Assembly: GCA_964565225.1 (NCBI GenBank)
Contig: CAZMEL010000002.1
Span: 12,648-76,647 of the forward strand
Direction: 5' to 3'
DNA from: an uncultured Thermoanaerobaculia bacterium
GTDB taxonomy: Bacteria > Acidobacteriota > Thermoanaerobaculia > Multivoradales > J023
DNA: 64,000 nucleotides
Every line of letters starts with the position of its first letter. The first letter of the stretch is position 1. Of this stretch, positions 9,644 through 21,117 are shown piece after piece. Below the pieces are notes generated by a model. The model had not been told where the DNA came from. It was given only the letters and a program-made list of their open reading frames with translations, and searched no databases. The translations under genes and the position numbers were made by a program.

Positions 9644-10933
9644 ATGCTCGATTTGCGGATCCATCGCTCTACCCTCCTTCTTCTTCTCCTCGGCACCTGC
9701 CTGTGCCTCGCGCTCCCGGCCAGCGGACGAGCAGCGAGCTCGAACGAAGACCTGGCCCAGACCCTCGACGAGTACCTGCGGTCCCGGGTCTCCCATGGCT
9801 TCAGCGGTGCGGTGCTGGTGGCCCACGAGGGTGAGATCGTGCTGCGCCGCGGCTACGGGACGGCGGATCCGGAGAGTGGAGCCCCCATCACCGCGGAGAC
9901 GGTCTTCGACATCGGCTCGATCACCAAACCATTCACCGCCGCGGCGATTCTCGCGCTCGAGATGGACGGCAAGCTCTCGACCGTCGACGATCTCTACCGC
10001 TGGCACCTTGCCCTCGAGTCCGACGCCATTCTCTCGCGAGAGGCGAAGAGCAAGCTCTTTGCTCCCCACGTTCCCTGGGCGGGGCGCAGAGATGTCTTCT
10101 ACGGCTTCGGCTGGGAGGTCGCCAAGACCCCGAGGGGCACTCGGGTTCTCCGCCACAGCGGCGGGAGCGTCGAAGGGGTCAACGGCGTGGTGCAGAGGTT
10201 TGTCGACGAAGACCTGGTGGTGATCGGCCGGCCCGCCATCTTCTCGCTGCCCGCGGCCCTGGAGCGCAGAGCTCTCGGCCCCTTGCGTGTCCTCTTCGTG
10301 GGCAACAGCCAGACGTCGTGGAACGATGTACCGGCCCTCGTCGAGAGCCTGGCGGCCGCGTCGAGTGGCCTGGAGATCGACGCGACGGCATCGACTCGCG
10401 GGGGCGAGACTTTGATGGGCCACTCCGACCGCACCGACGACGACGCTCCACTCGCGATGATGGCCAAGGGCGGCTGGGACTTCGTGGTCCTCCAGGAGCA
10501 CGGCGGTCACCTCGCCGCGGGCGGCGGCTCGACCTTCACCGCCGCCTCCCGCCTCGTACGGGCCGCCAGAGAGGCGGGCGCCCGACCGATTCTCTACTCC
10601 ACCTGGGCGAGGAGGTCGAAGCCGGAGACCCAGGCTCGGATCACCGAGACCAACCGACAGCTCGGGGAGCGTCTGCAGGTGGCGGTCGCCCCCGCGGGCG
10701 AGGCGTTCCGGCGCCTGCGGGCCACAAATCCCGGCATCGAGCTCTATCGCGACGACGAGATCCACGGGAATTTCGCCGGTGGTTACCTGGCGGCCTGTGT
10801 GCTGTTTTCTACTCTCTTCGGCCAGAGCGCCGAAGGCCTTCCCACCGACTCTGCGAGCCGCGACGTCCTTGCGCCGGAGATCGTACAGATTCTGCGCTCC
10901 GAAGCCTGGGCCGCCGTTTCGACTTTTCGTTGA
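9644..10933 (+). CDS. secreted two-domain hydrolase: degenerate beta-lactamase/PBP-like N-domain fused to SGNH/GDSL-type esterase
   Basis: Signal peptide (LLLLLLGTCLCLALPASG). SxxK motif SITKPF and HSGGS (KTG-like), but the middle of the beta-lactamase fold is missing. C-terminal half has VLFVGNSQT (SGNH block I) and DDEIHGN (DxxH catalytic block). Confidence 0.6.
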   Translation: MLDLRIHRSTLLLLLLGTCLCLALPASGRAASSNEDLAQTLDEYLRSRVSHGFSGAVLVAHEGEIVLRRGYGTADPESGAPITAETVFDIGSITKPFTAAAILALEMDGKLSTVDDLYRWHLALESDAILSREAKSKLFAPHVPWAGRRDVFYGFGWEVAKTPRGTRVLRHSGGSVEGVNGVVQRFVDEDLVVIGRPAIFSLPAALERRALGPLRVLFVGNSQTSWNDVPALVESLAAASSGLEIDATASTRGGETLMGHSDRTDDDAPLAMMAKGGWDFVVLQEHGGHLAAGGGSTFTAASRLVRAAREAGARPILYSTWARRSKPETQARITETNRQLGERLQVAVAPAGEAFRRLRATNPGIELYRDDEIHGNFAGGYLAACVLFSTLFGQSAEGLPTDSASRDVLAPEIVQILRSEAWAAVSTFR

Positions 10934-11073
10934 GACGGGCCTTCGCTTTTTCGGGTGGGTCTGTTTATGATGGCCTTCGATGGATGGCCTATCACTCTGC
11001 GGTTTTCCGCGGCATCGGCGATCCGCATCGACCAGCCGCCCCTTCGAATCCTCGACGTTTCCACGGTGGACGA

Positions 11074-11958
11074 ATGACCCGCACACTTTCGACCGAGCTC
11101 CTCTCGGGAATCATCGACTACGCCGGACTCTTTCCCCCAGCGAAGCTGCCCATGGCGGCAGCTGTACGAGAGTACGCCCGCCAGCTCGAGAGCGAGTTTT
11201 CCTGGATATTGTCTCGTTTCATCGTTCCGGTCGGGCGCCTCGCCGAGCTCGCCTCGGAGGCCGAGACGTTCTGGCGCGACGGTGAGCCCTGGCGCCTGAG
11301 CGTTCTCGCGGGTGATCCGGAAATCGATCGCGCAACGATCGACCGCTTCAATCGTGAGAGCTCGGGGCGGGCGGTGATCGAGGCGGTCGAGCACCGCCCA
11401 CCGAGCCCCGAGGCCTTGGCCGACGCCAGCGCCGCCTTCAGCGGCCTGGAGGTCTACTTCGAGCTGCCCTACCGGGAAGAGCTCGCTCCCTGGCTGGCCG
11501 CGGTGGCCGAGGGTGGCGGCCGGGCGAAGATTCGTACCGGCGGAGTAACCGACGACGCCTTTCCGTCGTCCGCGGATCTGGCGCGTTTCCTCCTCGCCAC
11601 CCACCGGGCCGGGGTTCCTTTCAAGGCGACCGCCGGCCTGCACCACCCCCTGCGAGGCGAGTATCCTCTGACCTACGAAGAGGACAGTGAGCAGGGCACC
11701 ATGCACGGCTTTCTCAACCTGTTCCTCGCGTCGGCCTGGGTCGCTTCCGGCCAGCTCACGACCGAAGCAGATATCGTCGCCCTCCTGGACGAGCGCTCTC
11801 CCGACGCGATTCGTGCCTCCGAAGACGGCTGGACCTGGCGGACCCTGGAGCTGACACCCCGAGAGGCCGAGGCCTCCCGCCAGGAATTTGCCCATTCCTA
11901 CGGCTCCTGCTCTTTCGCCGAGCCGGTGGCCGACCTCCAGAGCCTCGGCTGGCTCTGA
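11074..11958 (+). CDS. hypothetical protein (294 aa), conserved-looking, no family recognised
   Basis: ATG at 11074 inside the long ORF 10318..11958. GC3-rich coding frame. Sits directly upstream of fumarylacetoacetase with a 45-nt gap. Confidence 0.45.
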   Translation: MTRTLSTELLSGIIDYAGLFPPAKLPMAAAVREYARQLESEFSWILSRFIVPVGRLAELASEAETFWRDGEPWRLSVLAGDPEIDRATIDRFNRESSGRAVIEAVEHRPPSPEALADASAAFSGLEVYFELPYREELAPWLAAVAEGGGRAKIRTGGVTDDAFPSSADLARFLLATHRAGVPFKATAGLHHPLRGEYPLTYEEDSEQGTMHGFLNLFLASAWVASGQLTTEADIVALLDERSPDAIRASEDGWTWRTLELTPREAEASRQEFAHSYGSCSFAEPVADLQSLGWL

Positions 11959-12003
11959 TCCCTTGAAAATCGACGCTTCCGAAAACTGACATACGAGATA
12001 TTC

Positions 12004-13305
12004 ATGACCTCGACCAACGCGACCCACGATCCTCAGCTCCGCAGCTTCGTCGAGTCCGCCAACCAACCGGGCAACGACTTCCCGATCCAGAACCTGCCCT
12101 TCGGGGTCTTTCGCCAGGGAGACGACGACCGGGTCGGTGTCGCCATCGGCGACCAGATCGTCGACGTGTACCGGCTCAAGGAGCTCGGCCTGCTCACCGC
12201 TGAGGCCGAAGAAGCCGCCAGGGCCTGCGCCGGCCCCACCCTGAATCCCCTCATGGGTATGGGGCCCGAGGCGTGGAGCGCTCTGCGGGCGGCTCTCTCT
12301 TCTCTTCTCCGCGCAGACAGCCCGGAGCGTGAAACGGTGAGCCGGGCCCTGGTGCCCATGGACTCGGTGGAGCTCCAGGTGCCCGCCGACATCGGCGACT
12401 ACACCGACTTCTACTGCTCGATCCATCACGCGACCAATGTCGGCAGCATGTTCCGGCCCGACAACCCGCTGATGCCCAACTACAAACACCTGCCGGTGGG
12501 GTACCACGGCCGCAGCTCTTCGATCGTCGCCAGCGGCGCTTCCGTGGTGCGTCCACACGGCCAGACCCTGGCCGACGGTGCCGATGCTCCGACCTTCGGC
12601 CCGTCGCGCCTGCTCGACTACGAGCTGGAGGTCGGGTTCTACGTCGGCCCCGGCAACGCCATGGGCCGGTCGATCCCGCTCGAGGACGCCGAGTCCCAGC
12701 TCTTCGGCTTCTGCCTGGTGAACGACTGGTCGGCGCGGGACATCCAGAAGTGGGAGTACCAGCCCCTCGGACCCTTCCTGGCCAAGAGCTTCGCCACCAC
12801 GGTGTCTCCCTGGGTGATCACCAACGAGGCCCTGGCTCCGTTCCGGGTGCCGGCCTTCGAGCGGGCGGCGGACGATCCGAGCCCACTGCCCCACCTCGAT
12901 TCCGAGGGCAATCGCCAGCACGGCGGGATCGATATCGATCTCGAGGTCTACCTGAGCACCGAGACCATGCGCAGCCAGGGGGTCGCACCGCACCGCCTGA
13001 GCCGGGGAAACTTTCGCCACATGTACTGGACCGCGGCCCAGATGCTCACCCACCACGCCGCGGCGGGCTGCAACCTGCGGCCCGGCGACCTGATGGCCAG
13101 CGGCACGGTGTCCGGCCCGGAGAAGGACTCCCGCGGCTGCCTGCTCGAGCTGACCTGGCGAGGGAGCGAGCCCATCACCCTCCCCACCGACGAGGTGCGA
13201 CGATTCCTGCAGGACGGCGACGAGGTGATCCTGCGCGGCTCCTGCCAGCGCGAGGGTGCGGCTCGGATCGGTTTCGGCGAGTGCCGAGGGATCGTCGGAG
13301 GCTGA
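12004..13305 (+). CDS. fahA: fumarylacetoacetase (fumarylacetoacetate hydrolase)
   Basis: 433 aa. N-terminal FAH domain (NLPFGVF), catalytic core DYELEVGFYVGPGN, FGFCLVNDWSARDIQKWEYQPLGPF. Confidence 0.85.
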   Translation: MTSTNATHDPQLRSFVESANQPGNDFPIQNLPFGVFRQGDDDRVGVAIGDQIVDVYRLKELGLLTAEAEEAARACAGPTLNPLMGMGPEAWSALRAALSSLLRADSPERETVSRALVPMDSVELQVPADIGDYTDFYCSIHHATNVGSMFRPDNPLMPNYKHLPVGYHGRSSSIVASGASVVRPHGQTLADGADAPTFGPSRLLDYELEVGFYVGPGNAMGRSIPLEDAESQLFGFCLVNDWSARDIQKWEYQPLGPFLAKSFATTVSPWVITNEALAPFRVPAFERAADDPSPLPHLDSEGNRQHGGIDIDLEVYLSTETMRSQGVAPHRLSRGNFRHMYWTAAQMLTHHAAAGCNLRPGDLMASGTVSGPEKDSRGCLLELTWRGSEPITLPTDEVRRFLQDGDEVILRGSCQREGAARIGFGECRGIVGG

Positions 13306-13311
13306 GCGATC

Positions 13312-15288
<1,977 letters not shown>

Positions 15289-15452
15289 CCTATTCTCGCC
15301 GAAGCCACTCGACCGCCTCGCAGGCGCGGGCTCTCCCGAATCCAGAGTCCTTGATGATCGTGATATACTACGAACGGTTGTGTGTCGCCTGGGCGGAAGG
15401 TGGTCACAGAAACCCCTTGAGAAGTACCTGCAGCCTTCGTCGAGCTTTCCTC

Positions 15453-16835
15453 ATGGCGCTTTTTTTCCCATCGATTTCCGATCCTTCGCTTCGCGGCTGG
15501 CTCCGCGTCTGGCTGTTGAGGGCCCTCTGCCTGGCTCCGGCGATGCAAGGCTTGGCCCAGGAGCCGTCTGCGGCCGAACGGCTGGCGAATGTTCGTCAGG
15601 TGAAAATGCCGCGGGTCGATCCCACGGAGATCCGGCGAGCGGACGAAGCGCGGGTGAGCCGAGGTTCGGTGCCCCACTTTGCCGTGGCTCTGCCGGTGAA
15701 GATCTCGCCCTGGTCCCACGGCGGTTGGTTCCCCACGGACCCCGTAACGATCCGCTGGCGCCTGCGCCTGTCATCGGAGGGCGCCCGCTCACTGAGCCTC
15801 GCGTTCGGCCTCTACCGGATGCCGGAAGGGGGCCGGCTCACCGTCTCTTCCGCGGATGGAACGTCGGTCATCGGCCCGTTCACGGAAGAGGACAACGAAA
15901 CACACCGGCAGCTCTGGACACCCCCTCTCCTGAGTGACGACCTCCTGCTCGAGCTCGTCCTTCCCTTCGACCGTATCGACGACCTGGAGCTCGAGCTCAC
16001 CAAGGTGCATCACGGCTATGCAGGGTTCGGTGAGCCCGAGCCCAAGGCCGGCCACTGCCACCTCGATGTCGCCTGCTCGGAAGCCACTCCGTGGGACGAC
16101 CAGGTGCGATCCGTGGGCCTGATCTCGATCGAAGGGGTCCGTTTCTGCACCGGATTCCTGGTCAACAACACCGCCCTCGACGGCCGGCCGTTCTTTCTGA
16201 CCGCCAATCACTGCGGGATCCGGCCGACCAACGCCGCCTCGGTGGTGGTGATCTGGAATCACCAAGACCCAGGCTGCCGCAACGGCTCGGAAGAGCCTTC
16301 TTCGGTACGGCCAGGGTTGCAGTTCCAGACCGGCGCGATCTTCCGGGCCGCCTTTCCGCCTACCGATACTGTGCTTCTCGAGCTCGACGATCGCCCGGAT
16401 CCGGCGTTCGACGTCTTCTTCGCCGGCTGGGATCGCTCGGAAGAGGCGCCCCAACAGTCGGTGGTGATCCACCATCCCAACACCGACACCAAACGCATCA
16501 GCTTCGACTTCGACCCCGGTCTGCCGACCGCCCACCTCGGCCAGCGGTACCTGCCGGGTGGTACGCATCTGCGGGTCTCGGCCTGGAATCTCGGCTCTAC
16601 GGAGGGGGGATCCTCCGGCGCTCCTCTCTTCAATCGCGACCGGCGGGTCGTCGGCCAGCTGCACGGTGGTTATGCCGCCTGCGGCAACCGCGAGGCCGAC
16701 TGGTTCGGGCGGCTGGCCAACGCCTGGCACGGGTGGGGACGTTCGACCTCCAGCCTGCGCTCCTGGTTGGATCCGATCGGCAGCGAAACCCTCACTCTCG
16801 ACGGCCTCGACGCCGCCTCCATCGAGCCTCGCTAG
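15453..16835 (+). CDS. secreted trypsin-fold serine endopeptidase (S1 family, lysyl/glutamyl-endopeptidase-like) with N-terminal pro-region
   Basis: ATG at 15453 in the frame of ORF 14289..16835. Signal peptide. Catalytic His motif LTANHC, Asp in TVLLELDD, Ser motif GGSSGAPLF. Confidence 0.7.
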   Translation: MALFFPSISDPSLRGWLRVWLLRALCLAPAMQGLAQEPSAAERLANVRQVKMPRVDPTEIRRADEARVSRGSVPHFAVALPVKISPWSHGGWFPTDPVTIRWRLRLSSEGARSLSLAFGLYRMPEGGRLTVSSADGTSVIGPFTEEDNETHRQLWTPPLLSDDLLLELVLPFDRIDDLELELTKVHHGYAGFGEPEPKAGHCHLDVACSEATPWDDQVRSVGLISIEGVRFCTGFLVNNTALDGRPFFLTANHCGIRPTNAASVVVIWNHQDPGCRNGSEEPSSVRPGLQFQTGAIFRAAFPPTDTVLLELDDRPDPAFDVFFAGWDRSEEAPQQSVVIHHPNTDTKRISFDFDPGLPTAHLGQRYLPGGTHLRVSAWNLGSTEGGSSGAPLFNRDRRVVGQLHGGYAACGNREADWFGRLANAWHGWGRSTSSLRSWLDPIGSETLTLDGLDAASIEPR

Positions 16836-16889
16836 GGACTTGTCTCTTTCCTGGCCCCGGGGGCTGAGATCGGCTAGGATCGCGATATC

Positions 16890-17453
16890 TTGCTGCGATT
16901 CATCGTCCTCGCACTCCCTCTGCTGATCCTGCTGCTGGCGCTCTTCGGTTTCACCGTGGAGATTCTGGATCTCGAGCCGCGGAATGGCTCGGTGGTCAAG
17001 CTGGCGGTTCTCGAGCCGCCCCTGGTGCCGGAGCCCCTGGTGCTCGGAGCCTGGCTGGTGGAAGCCTGCGGCCTGGTGGCGCTCTTCCTGATGACCCAGG
17101 GTCGCTGTGGGCGATGGTGGCTCGATGGCCTGGTGGCTGGCTGGCTGGCCTGGATCTTCCGCGGCCCGCTGCTCGTGATCACCATCGTGGTCGCGGTTCG
17201 CCAGCCCCAGGAGCCCTGGTGGACCCTCGCGTTCGGCTGGTGGGTGCTCTACTCCGCCTGTGGCCTGACGCTCGCCTGGCTGGCCCGGCGCACCGAGCTC
17301 GATGCCGAGCTGGAAGCCGAGAGGGCCGAAGAGGCCGAATGGACCGAGGTCGTGGAGGAGGAAGAGAAGCCGGAAGAGCCGGAAGCCGAATCGATTTCGG
17401 AAACGGAAGAAGACACGACACCCGAACCGAAGCCAACTCCCGGAGAAACCTGA
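16890..17453 (+). CDS. hypothetical integral membrane protein with acidic C-terminal tail
   Basis: TTG start. 4 predicted TM helices, Trp-rich segments, C-terminal EEAEWTEVVEEEEKPEEPEAESISETEEDTTPEP. Fills the gap between protease and PKS. Confidence 0.4.
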   Translation: MLRFIVLALPLLILLLALFGFTVEILDLEPRNGSVVKLAVLEPPLVPEPLVLGAWLVEACGLVALFLMTQGRCGRWWLDGLVAGWLAWIFRGPLLVITIVVAVRQPQEPWWTLAFGWWVLYSACGLTLAWLARRTELDAELEAERAEEAEWTEVVEEEEKPEEPEAESISETEEDTTPEPKPTPGET

Positions 17454-17455
17454 TC

Positions 17456-18502
17456 TTGCGCATTGCAGCCGTCGGCAAGGCCTTGCCGCCCCACTACTAC
17501 GGCCAGGAAGAATTGCTCGCGGCATTCAAGGATCAATGGAACCAGCAACACTACAACCCCGAGCGACTCGATCGGCTGCACAAGAATGTGCTGGTCGGTG
17601 GCCGCCATTTGGCTCTGCCGATCGAGGCCTATGACGAGCTCGAGACCTGGGGCCAGGCCAACGACCAGTGGATCCGGGTTGCCCAGGAGGTAGGGGCCGA
17701 GGCGATTCGCGACGCCGTGGAGCGCTCCGGGCTCGGCTGGGATCAGATCGGCGCGCTGTTGACGGTCACCGTCACCGGAGTGGCGACTCCTTCCCTCGAC
17801 GCACGCCTGATGAACCGCCTGGAGCTTCCGCGAGACCTTCGCCGGGTGCCGATCTTCGGCCTCGGCTGTGTCGCCGGAGCGGCCGGCATCGCCCGGGCGG
17901 CCGACCTCGTGGCCGGGACCCCGGAGAAGGCCGCGATTCTGCTCTCGGTCGAGCTCTGTTCCCTGACTCTCCAGAGGCGCGACCTCTCGATTCCGAATCT
18001 CATCGCCACCGGTCTCTTCGGCGACGGTGCCGCGGCGGCGGTGGTGACAGGAGCCGAGATCGATGCCGGCGGCCCCGAGGTGGTCGCGACCCGCTCGGTC
18101 TTTTATCCCGAGACCGAAGAGGTGATGGGCTGGCGGATCTCCGAAGAGGGTTTTCGCATCGTGCTCTCGGCCGATGTGCCGAACATGGTGAGCGACCATC
18201 TCCGCCAGGACGTGGACTCGTTTCTTGCCGAACATGGGCTGACCCGCGACGAGATCGCCGCCTGGATCTGCCACCCTGGAGGCCCGAAGGTGCTCGCGGC
18301 GATGGAAGAGTCCCTGGAGCTCCCCGCCGACGCCCTGGAGCCCACCTGGCGCAGCCTGCGAGAGGTGGGCAACCTCTCTTCGAGCTCCGTGCTGCTGGTG
18401 CTCCGTGAGATCCTCGACACCCCGCCCGGACCCGGTGAACATGGGCTGCTGCTGGCCATGGGGCCGGGGTTCTGCTCCGAGCTGGTGCTCCTGAGGTGGT
18501 GA
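17456..18502 (+). CDS. type III polyketide synthase (chalcone/stilbene synthase family; alkylresorcinol/alkylpyrone synthase-like)
   Basis: About 348 aa from a TTG near 17456. Active-site Cys in GLGCVAGAAG, His in ICHPGGPKVL, Asn in GNLSSSSVL, and CHS-like N-terminus RIAAVGKALP. Confidence 0.85.
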   Translation: MRIAAVGKALPPHYYGQEELLAAFKDQWNQQHYNPERLDRLHKNVLVGGRHLALPIEAYDELETWGQANDQWIRVAQEVGAEAIRDAVERSGLGWDQIGALLTVTVTGVATPSLDARLMNRLELPRDLRRVPIFGLGCVAGAAGIARAADLVAGTPEKAAILLSVELCSLTLQRRDLSIPNLIATGLFGDGAAAAVVTGAEIDAGGPEVVATRSVFYPETEEVMGWRISEEGFRIVLSADVPNMVSDHLRQDVDSFLAEHGLTRDEIAAWICHPGGPKVLAAMEESLELPADALEPTWRSLREVGNLSSSSVLLVLREILDTPPGPGEHGLLLAMGPGFCSELVLLRW

Positions 18503-18503
18503 A

Positions 18504-19094
18504 TTGAGCGACCTCGTTTCCGATAGCCGGTTCTGGTTTCTCGGCTTGATCGGCCTCGTGGTGCTGGAGCGCCTCGGCGAGCTGGTGATCACCCGCCGCA
18601 ACGCTCGTAGCCTCGAAGCGCGGGGCGGGTTCGAGGTGGGTGGAGAGCATTTCGGCGTCATGGCCTGTTTGCACACGGCATTCCTCGTGGCAGGTCCGCT
18701 GGAGGTATGGCTCCTCGATCGCTCCATGCTCCCCGTGATCTCCTGGCTCGCCCTCGGCCTCGTGGCCCTCACCATGGCGCTGCGCTACTGGGCGATCTTC
18801 AGCCTCGGCGATCGCTGGACGGCCAGGGTCTACGTGGTGCCCGGGGAGCCTCCCGTCTCGGGCGGGCCCTACCGCTACCTCCGCCACCCCAACTATCTCG
18901 CCGTCATCGTGGAGATCGCCGCCCTACCCCTGGTGCACGGGGCCTGGATCACCGCCTTCGTCTTCTCTCTCGCCAACGCCGCGATGCTCCGCACCCGGAT
19001 TCGTGTGGAAGAAAAAGCGCTCGCGGAACACTCGAATTACGGGAGTACCATGGGCTCGAAAGCACGTTTCGTCCCGGGAACCCACGGAGACTGA
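18504..19094 (+). CDS. isoprenylcysteine carboxyl methyltransferase (ICMT)-family membrane methyltransferase (SrsB/ArsD? -like O-methyltransferase)
   Basis: TTG start 2 nt after the PKS stop. Multi-TM. Conserved C-terminal RHPNY..E motif (YRYLRHPNYLAVIVE). Confidence 0.7.
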   Translation: MSDLVSDSRFWFLGLIGLVVLERLGELVITRRNARSLEARGGFEVGGEHFGVMACLHTAFLVAGPLEVWLLDRSMLPVISWLALGLVALTMALRYWAIFSLGDRWTARVYVVPGEPPVSGGPYRYLRHPNYLAVIVEIAALPLVHGAWITAFVFSLANAAMLRTRIRVEEKALAEHSNYGSTMGSKARFVPGTHGD

Positions 19095-19097
19095 GCC

Positions 19098-19349
19098 TTG
19101 AGCAGACAGGCGGCCACGGACATCGAGTCGGCCATTGCCGAGCTCGCTCGGAACAAGCTGAGCCTCGAACGAGACCTTCACCCGAGCCTGCGGCTGGCGG
19201 AGGATCTCGGCCTCGACTCCATCCAGCTCCTGACCCTCGCCACCGAGGTGGAAGACCACTTCCGAGTTCGCCTCGACGAGGCCGACGAGATCTCCATCGA
19301 GACGGTGGGCGACTTGATCGCCGTGGTGGAGCAGAAGCTTGGTTCCTGA
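19098..19349 (+). CDS. acyl carrier protein (83 aa)
   Basis: LGLDSIQLLTL phosphopantetheinylation site. Acidic helical protein. Translationally coupled to the flanking genes. Confidence 0.75.
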   Translation: MSRQAATDIESAIAELARNKLSLERDLHPSLRLAEDLGLDSIQLLTLATEVEDHFRVRLDEADEISIETVGDLIAVVEQKLGS

Positions 19350-21117
19350 AACCCTGATCGATCTCCTGCGGCAGGCCCACAGGTACCACGACACGGGCCT
19401 GCGATTTCTCGACCGCCGAGAAGACGAGACCTTCCATTCCTGGGCCGAGCTCGCGGAGACGGCTTCGGAAGTCGCCGGAAGCCTGATCGCCGTCGGCATT
19501 CGTCCGGGCCAGAGAGTGGCGTTGATCTACCCCACCGAGGTGGCCTTCTTCCATGCTTTCTTCGGAATCTTGCTCGTCGGCGCCGTTCCGGTTCCTCTCT
19601 ATCCGCCGGCCAGGCTCGGCCGCCTGGAGGAATACCACCGTCGTACCGCCGCCATGGTGCAGGCTTCGGGCGCCGAGCTGATCCTCACCTCTGCCACCGT
19701 ACGCCGACTGCTCGGTCGCACCATCGAGCTCGCCGATCCGCCGCTGGGTTGCCTCACTCTCTCGGAGCTGCCGCGATCGGCCCCGGCGGAAGCCCAGCCC
19801 ACGAAGGATGATCTCGCCCTGGTGCAGTTCTCGTCGGGTACCACGGTGGACCCCAAGCCGGTGGCGCTCTCCCACCGCGCGATCCTGGCCCAGGTCGACA
19901 TGCTCAACGGCAACTGGCCCAAGACCGGACCCGTGCAGCACTCCGGGGTCAGCTGGCTGCCTCTCTACCACGACATGGGTCTGATCGGCTGTATCTTCCC
20001 CGCTCTCGAGCGACCGGGAACCCTGACCCTGATCGGCCCGGAGGTCTTCGTGACCCGGCCGGCGATCTGGCTGCGGGCCATCTCCCGTTTCCGCGCCACC
20101 ATCTCCGTGGCACCCAACTTCGCCTACGGCCTCTGTGTCGAGAAGATCGAAGATCGAGAGATCGAAGGGATCGATCTCGGCTCCTGGCTGGTCGCTCTGA
20201 ACGGCGCCGAGCCCGTGGCTCCCGCCGTGCTGCGGCAGTTCCTCCAGCGATTCGAGCCCTACGGGTTTCGCCCCGAAGCCCTGACCCCTGTCTACGGTCT
20301 CTCCGAGGCAACTCTGGCCGTCACTTTCTCCGACCTCGACCAGCTCTTCCGTTCCGAAACCTTCGATCGGACCCAGCTGGCGTCCGAGGATCGGGCGGTT
20401 GCCACGAGCGACGGCCTCGAGCTGGCCTCGGTCGGCCGACCCCTGCCAGGCGTCACTCTGCGAATCGTCGACGAGCAGGGTGTCGAGCTGGAGAACGACC
20501 GCGTGGGCCGGGTCCTGGTGCGCAGCCCGGCCCTGATGGACGGATACCTCGGCCGCACCGAAGCCACCCGTGCGACCTTTCGCGAGGGTTGGCTCGATAC
20601 CGGAGACCTCGGCTTCCTGCACGAAGGGGAGCTGTACCTCACCTCCCGGGCCAAGGATGTGGTCATTCTGCGGGGCCGGAACCACTCACCCGCCGAGATC
20701 GAGCAGGCCATCGATCGAGTGCCCGGAGCGCGCATCGGCTGTTCCGTTGCGGTGAGCCGACAGCCCGAGAACGGACCCACCGAGCAACTGCTGCTATTCG
20801 TGGAGCACCGCCGAGAGGCTCCGGAAGAGCAGGTCCGGAAGCTACCCGAAGAGTGCAGAGCCGCGGTGGTGGCTGCCACCGGCCTGCGTGCCGACGAGGT
20901 GGTGGTGCTTTCGCCCGGCACCCTACCCAGAACCTCCTCGGGCAAGCTCCGGAGACGCGAGGCGCTCACTCTCCATCTCCGCGGAAAGCTCCAGCCTCCC
21001 CGTGCCGTGACCCCTCTGCTGCTCGCCGGTGCCATGGCGAAGTCGTCCCTGACTCTCTGGCGCCACAAGGTGCGGAAGAAGCGGCGGCCGGCTCGGCGGC
21101 GAGACTCGGACCGTTGA
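19339..21117 (+). CDS. fatty acyl-AMP ligase (FAAL) family adenylating enzyme
   Basis: TTG start overlapping the ACP stop. Motifs FSSGTT, WLPLYHDMGLIG, YGLSEATLAV, TGDLGF, LRGRN and C-terminal TSSGKLRRRE. Paralogous to the FAAL at 1597. Confidence 0.8.
   Translation: MVPETLIDLLRQAHRYHDTGLRFLDRREDETFHSWAELAETASEVAGSLIAVGIRPGQRVALIYPTEVAFFHAFFGILLVGAVPVPLYPPARLGRLEEYHRRTAAMVQASGAELILTSATVRRLLGRTIELADPPLGCLTLSELPRSAPAEAQPTKDDLALVQFSSGTTVDPKPVALSHRAILAQVDMLNGNWPKTGPVQHSGVSWLPLYHDMGLIGCIFPALERPGTLTLIGPEVFVTRPAIWLRAISRFRATISVAPNFAYGLCVEKIEDREIEGIDLGSWLVALNGAEPVAPAVLRQFLQRFEPYGFRPEALTPVYGLSEATLAVTFSDLDQLFRSETFDRTQLASEDRAVATSDGLELASVGRPLPGVTLRIVDEQGVELENDRVGRVLVRSPALMDGYLGRTEATRATFREGWLDTGDLGFLHEGELYLTSRAKDVVILRGRNHSPAEIEQAIDRVPGARIGCSVAVSRQPENGPTEQLLLFVEHRREAPEEQVRKLPEECRAAVVAATGLRADEVVVLSPGTLPRTSSGKLRRREALTLHLRGKLQPPRAVTPLLLAGAMAKSSLTLWRHKVRKKRRPARRRDSDR

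Noticed and set aside
10783-13056. 757-aa minus-strand ORF antisense to the hypothetical/FAH/AACS genes
   Set aside because: Overlaps three strongly supported + strand genes, has no recognisable motifs, and its Ala/Arg/Gly-rich composition is typical of antisense frames in high-GC DNA.
15789-20685. Chain of long minus-strand ORFs (15789..17525, 17249..18775, 18949..20685)
   Set aside because: All antisense to the protease/PKS/methyltransferase/FAAL genes, which have clear catalytic motifs. The translations are low-complexity.
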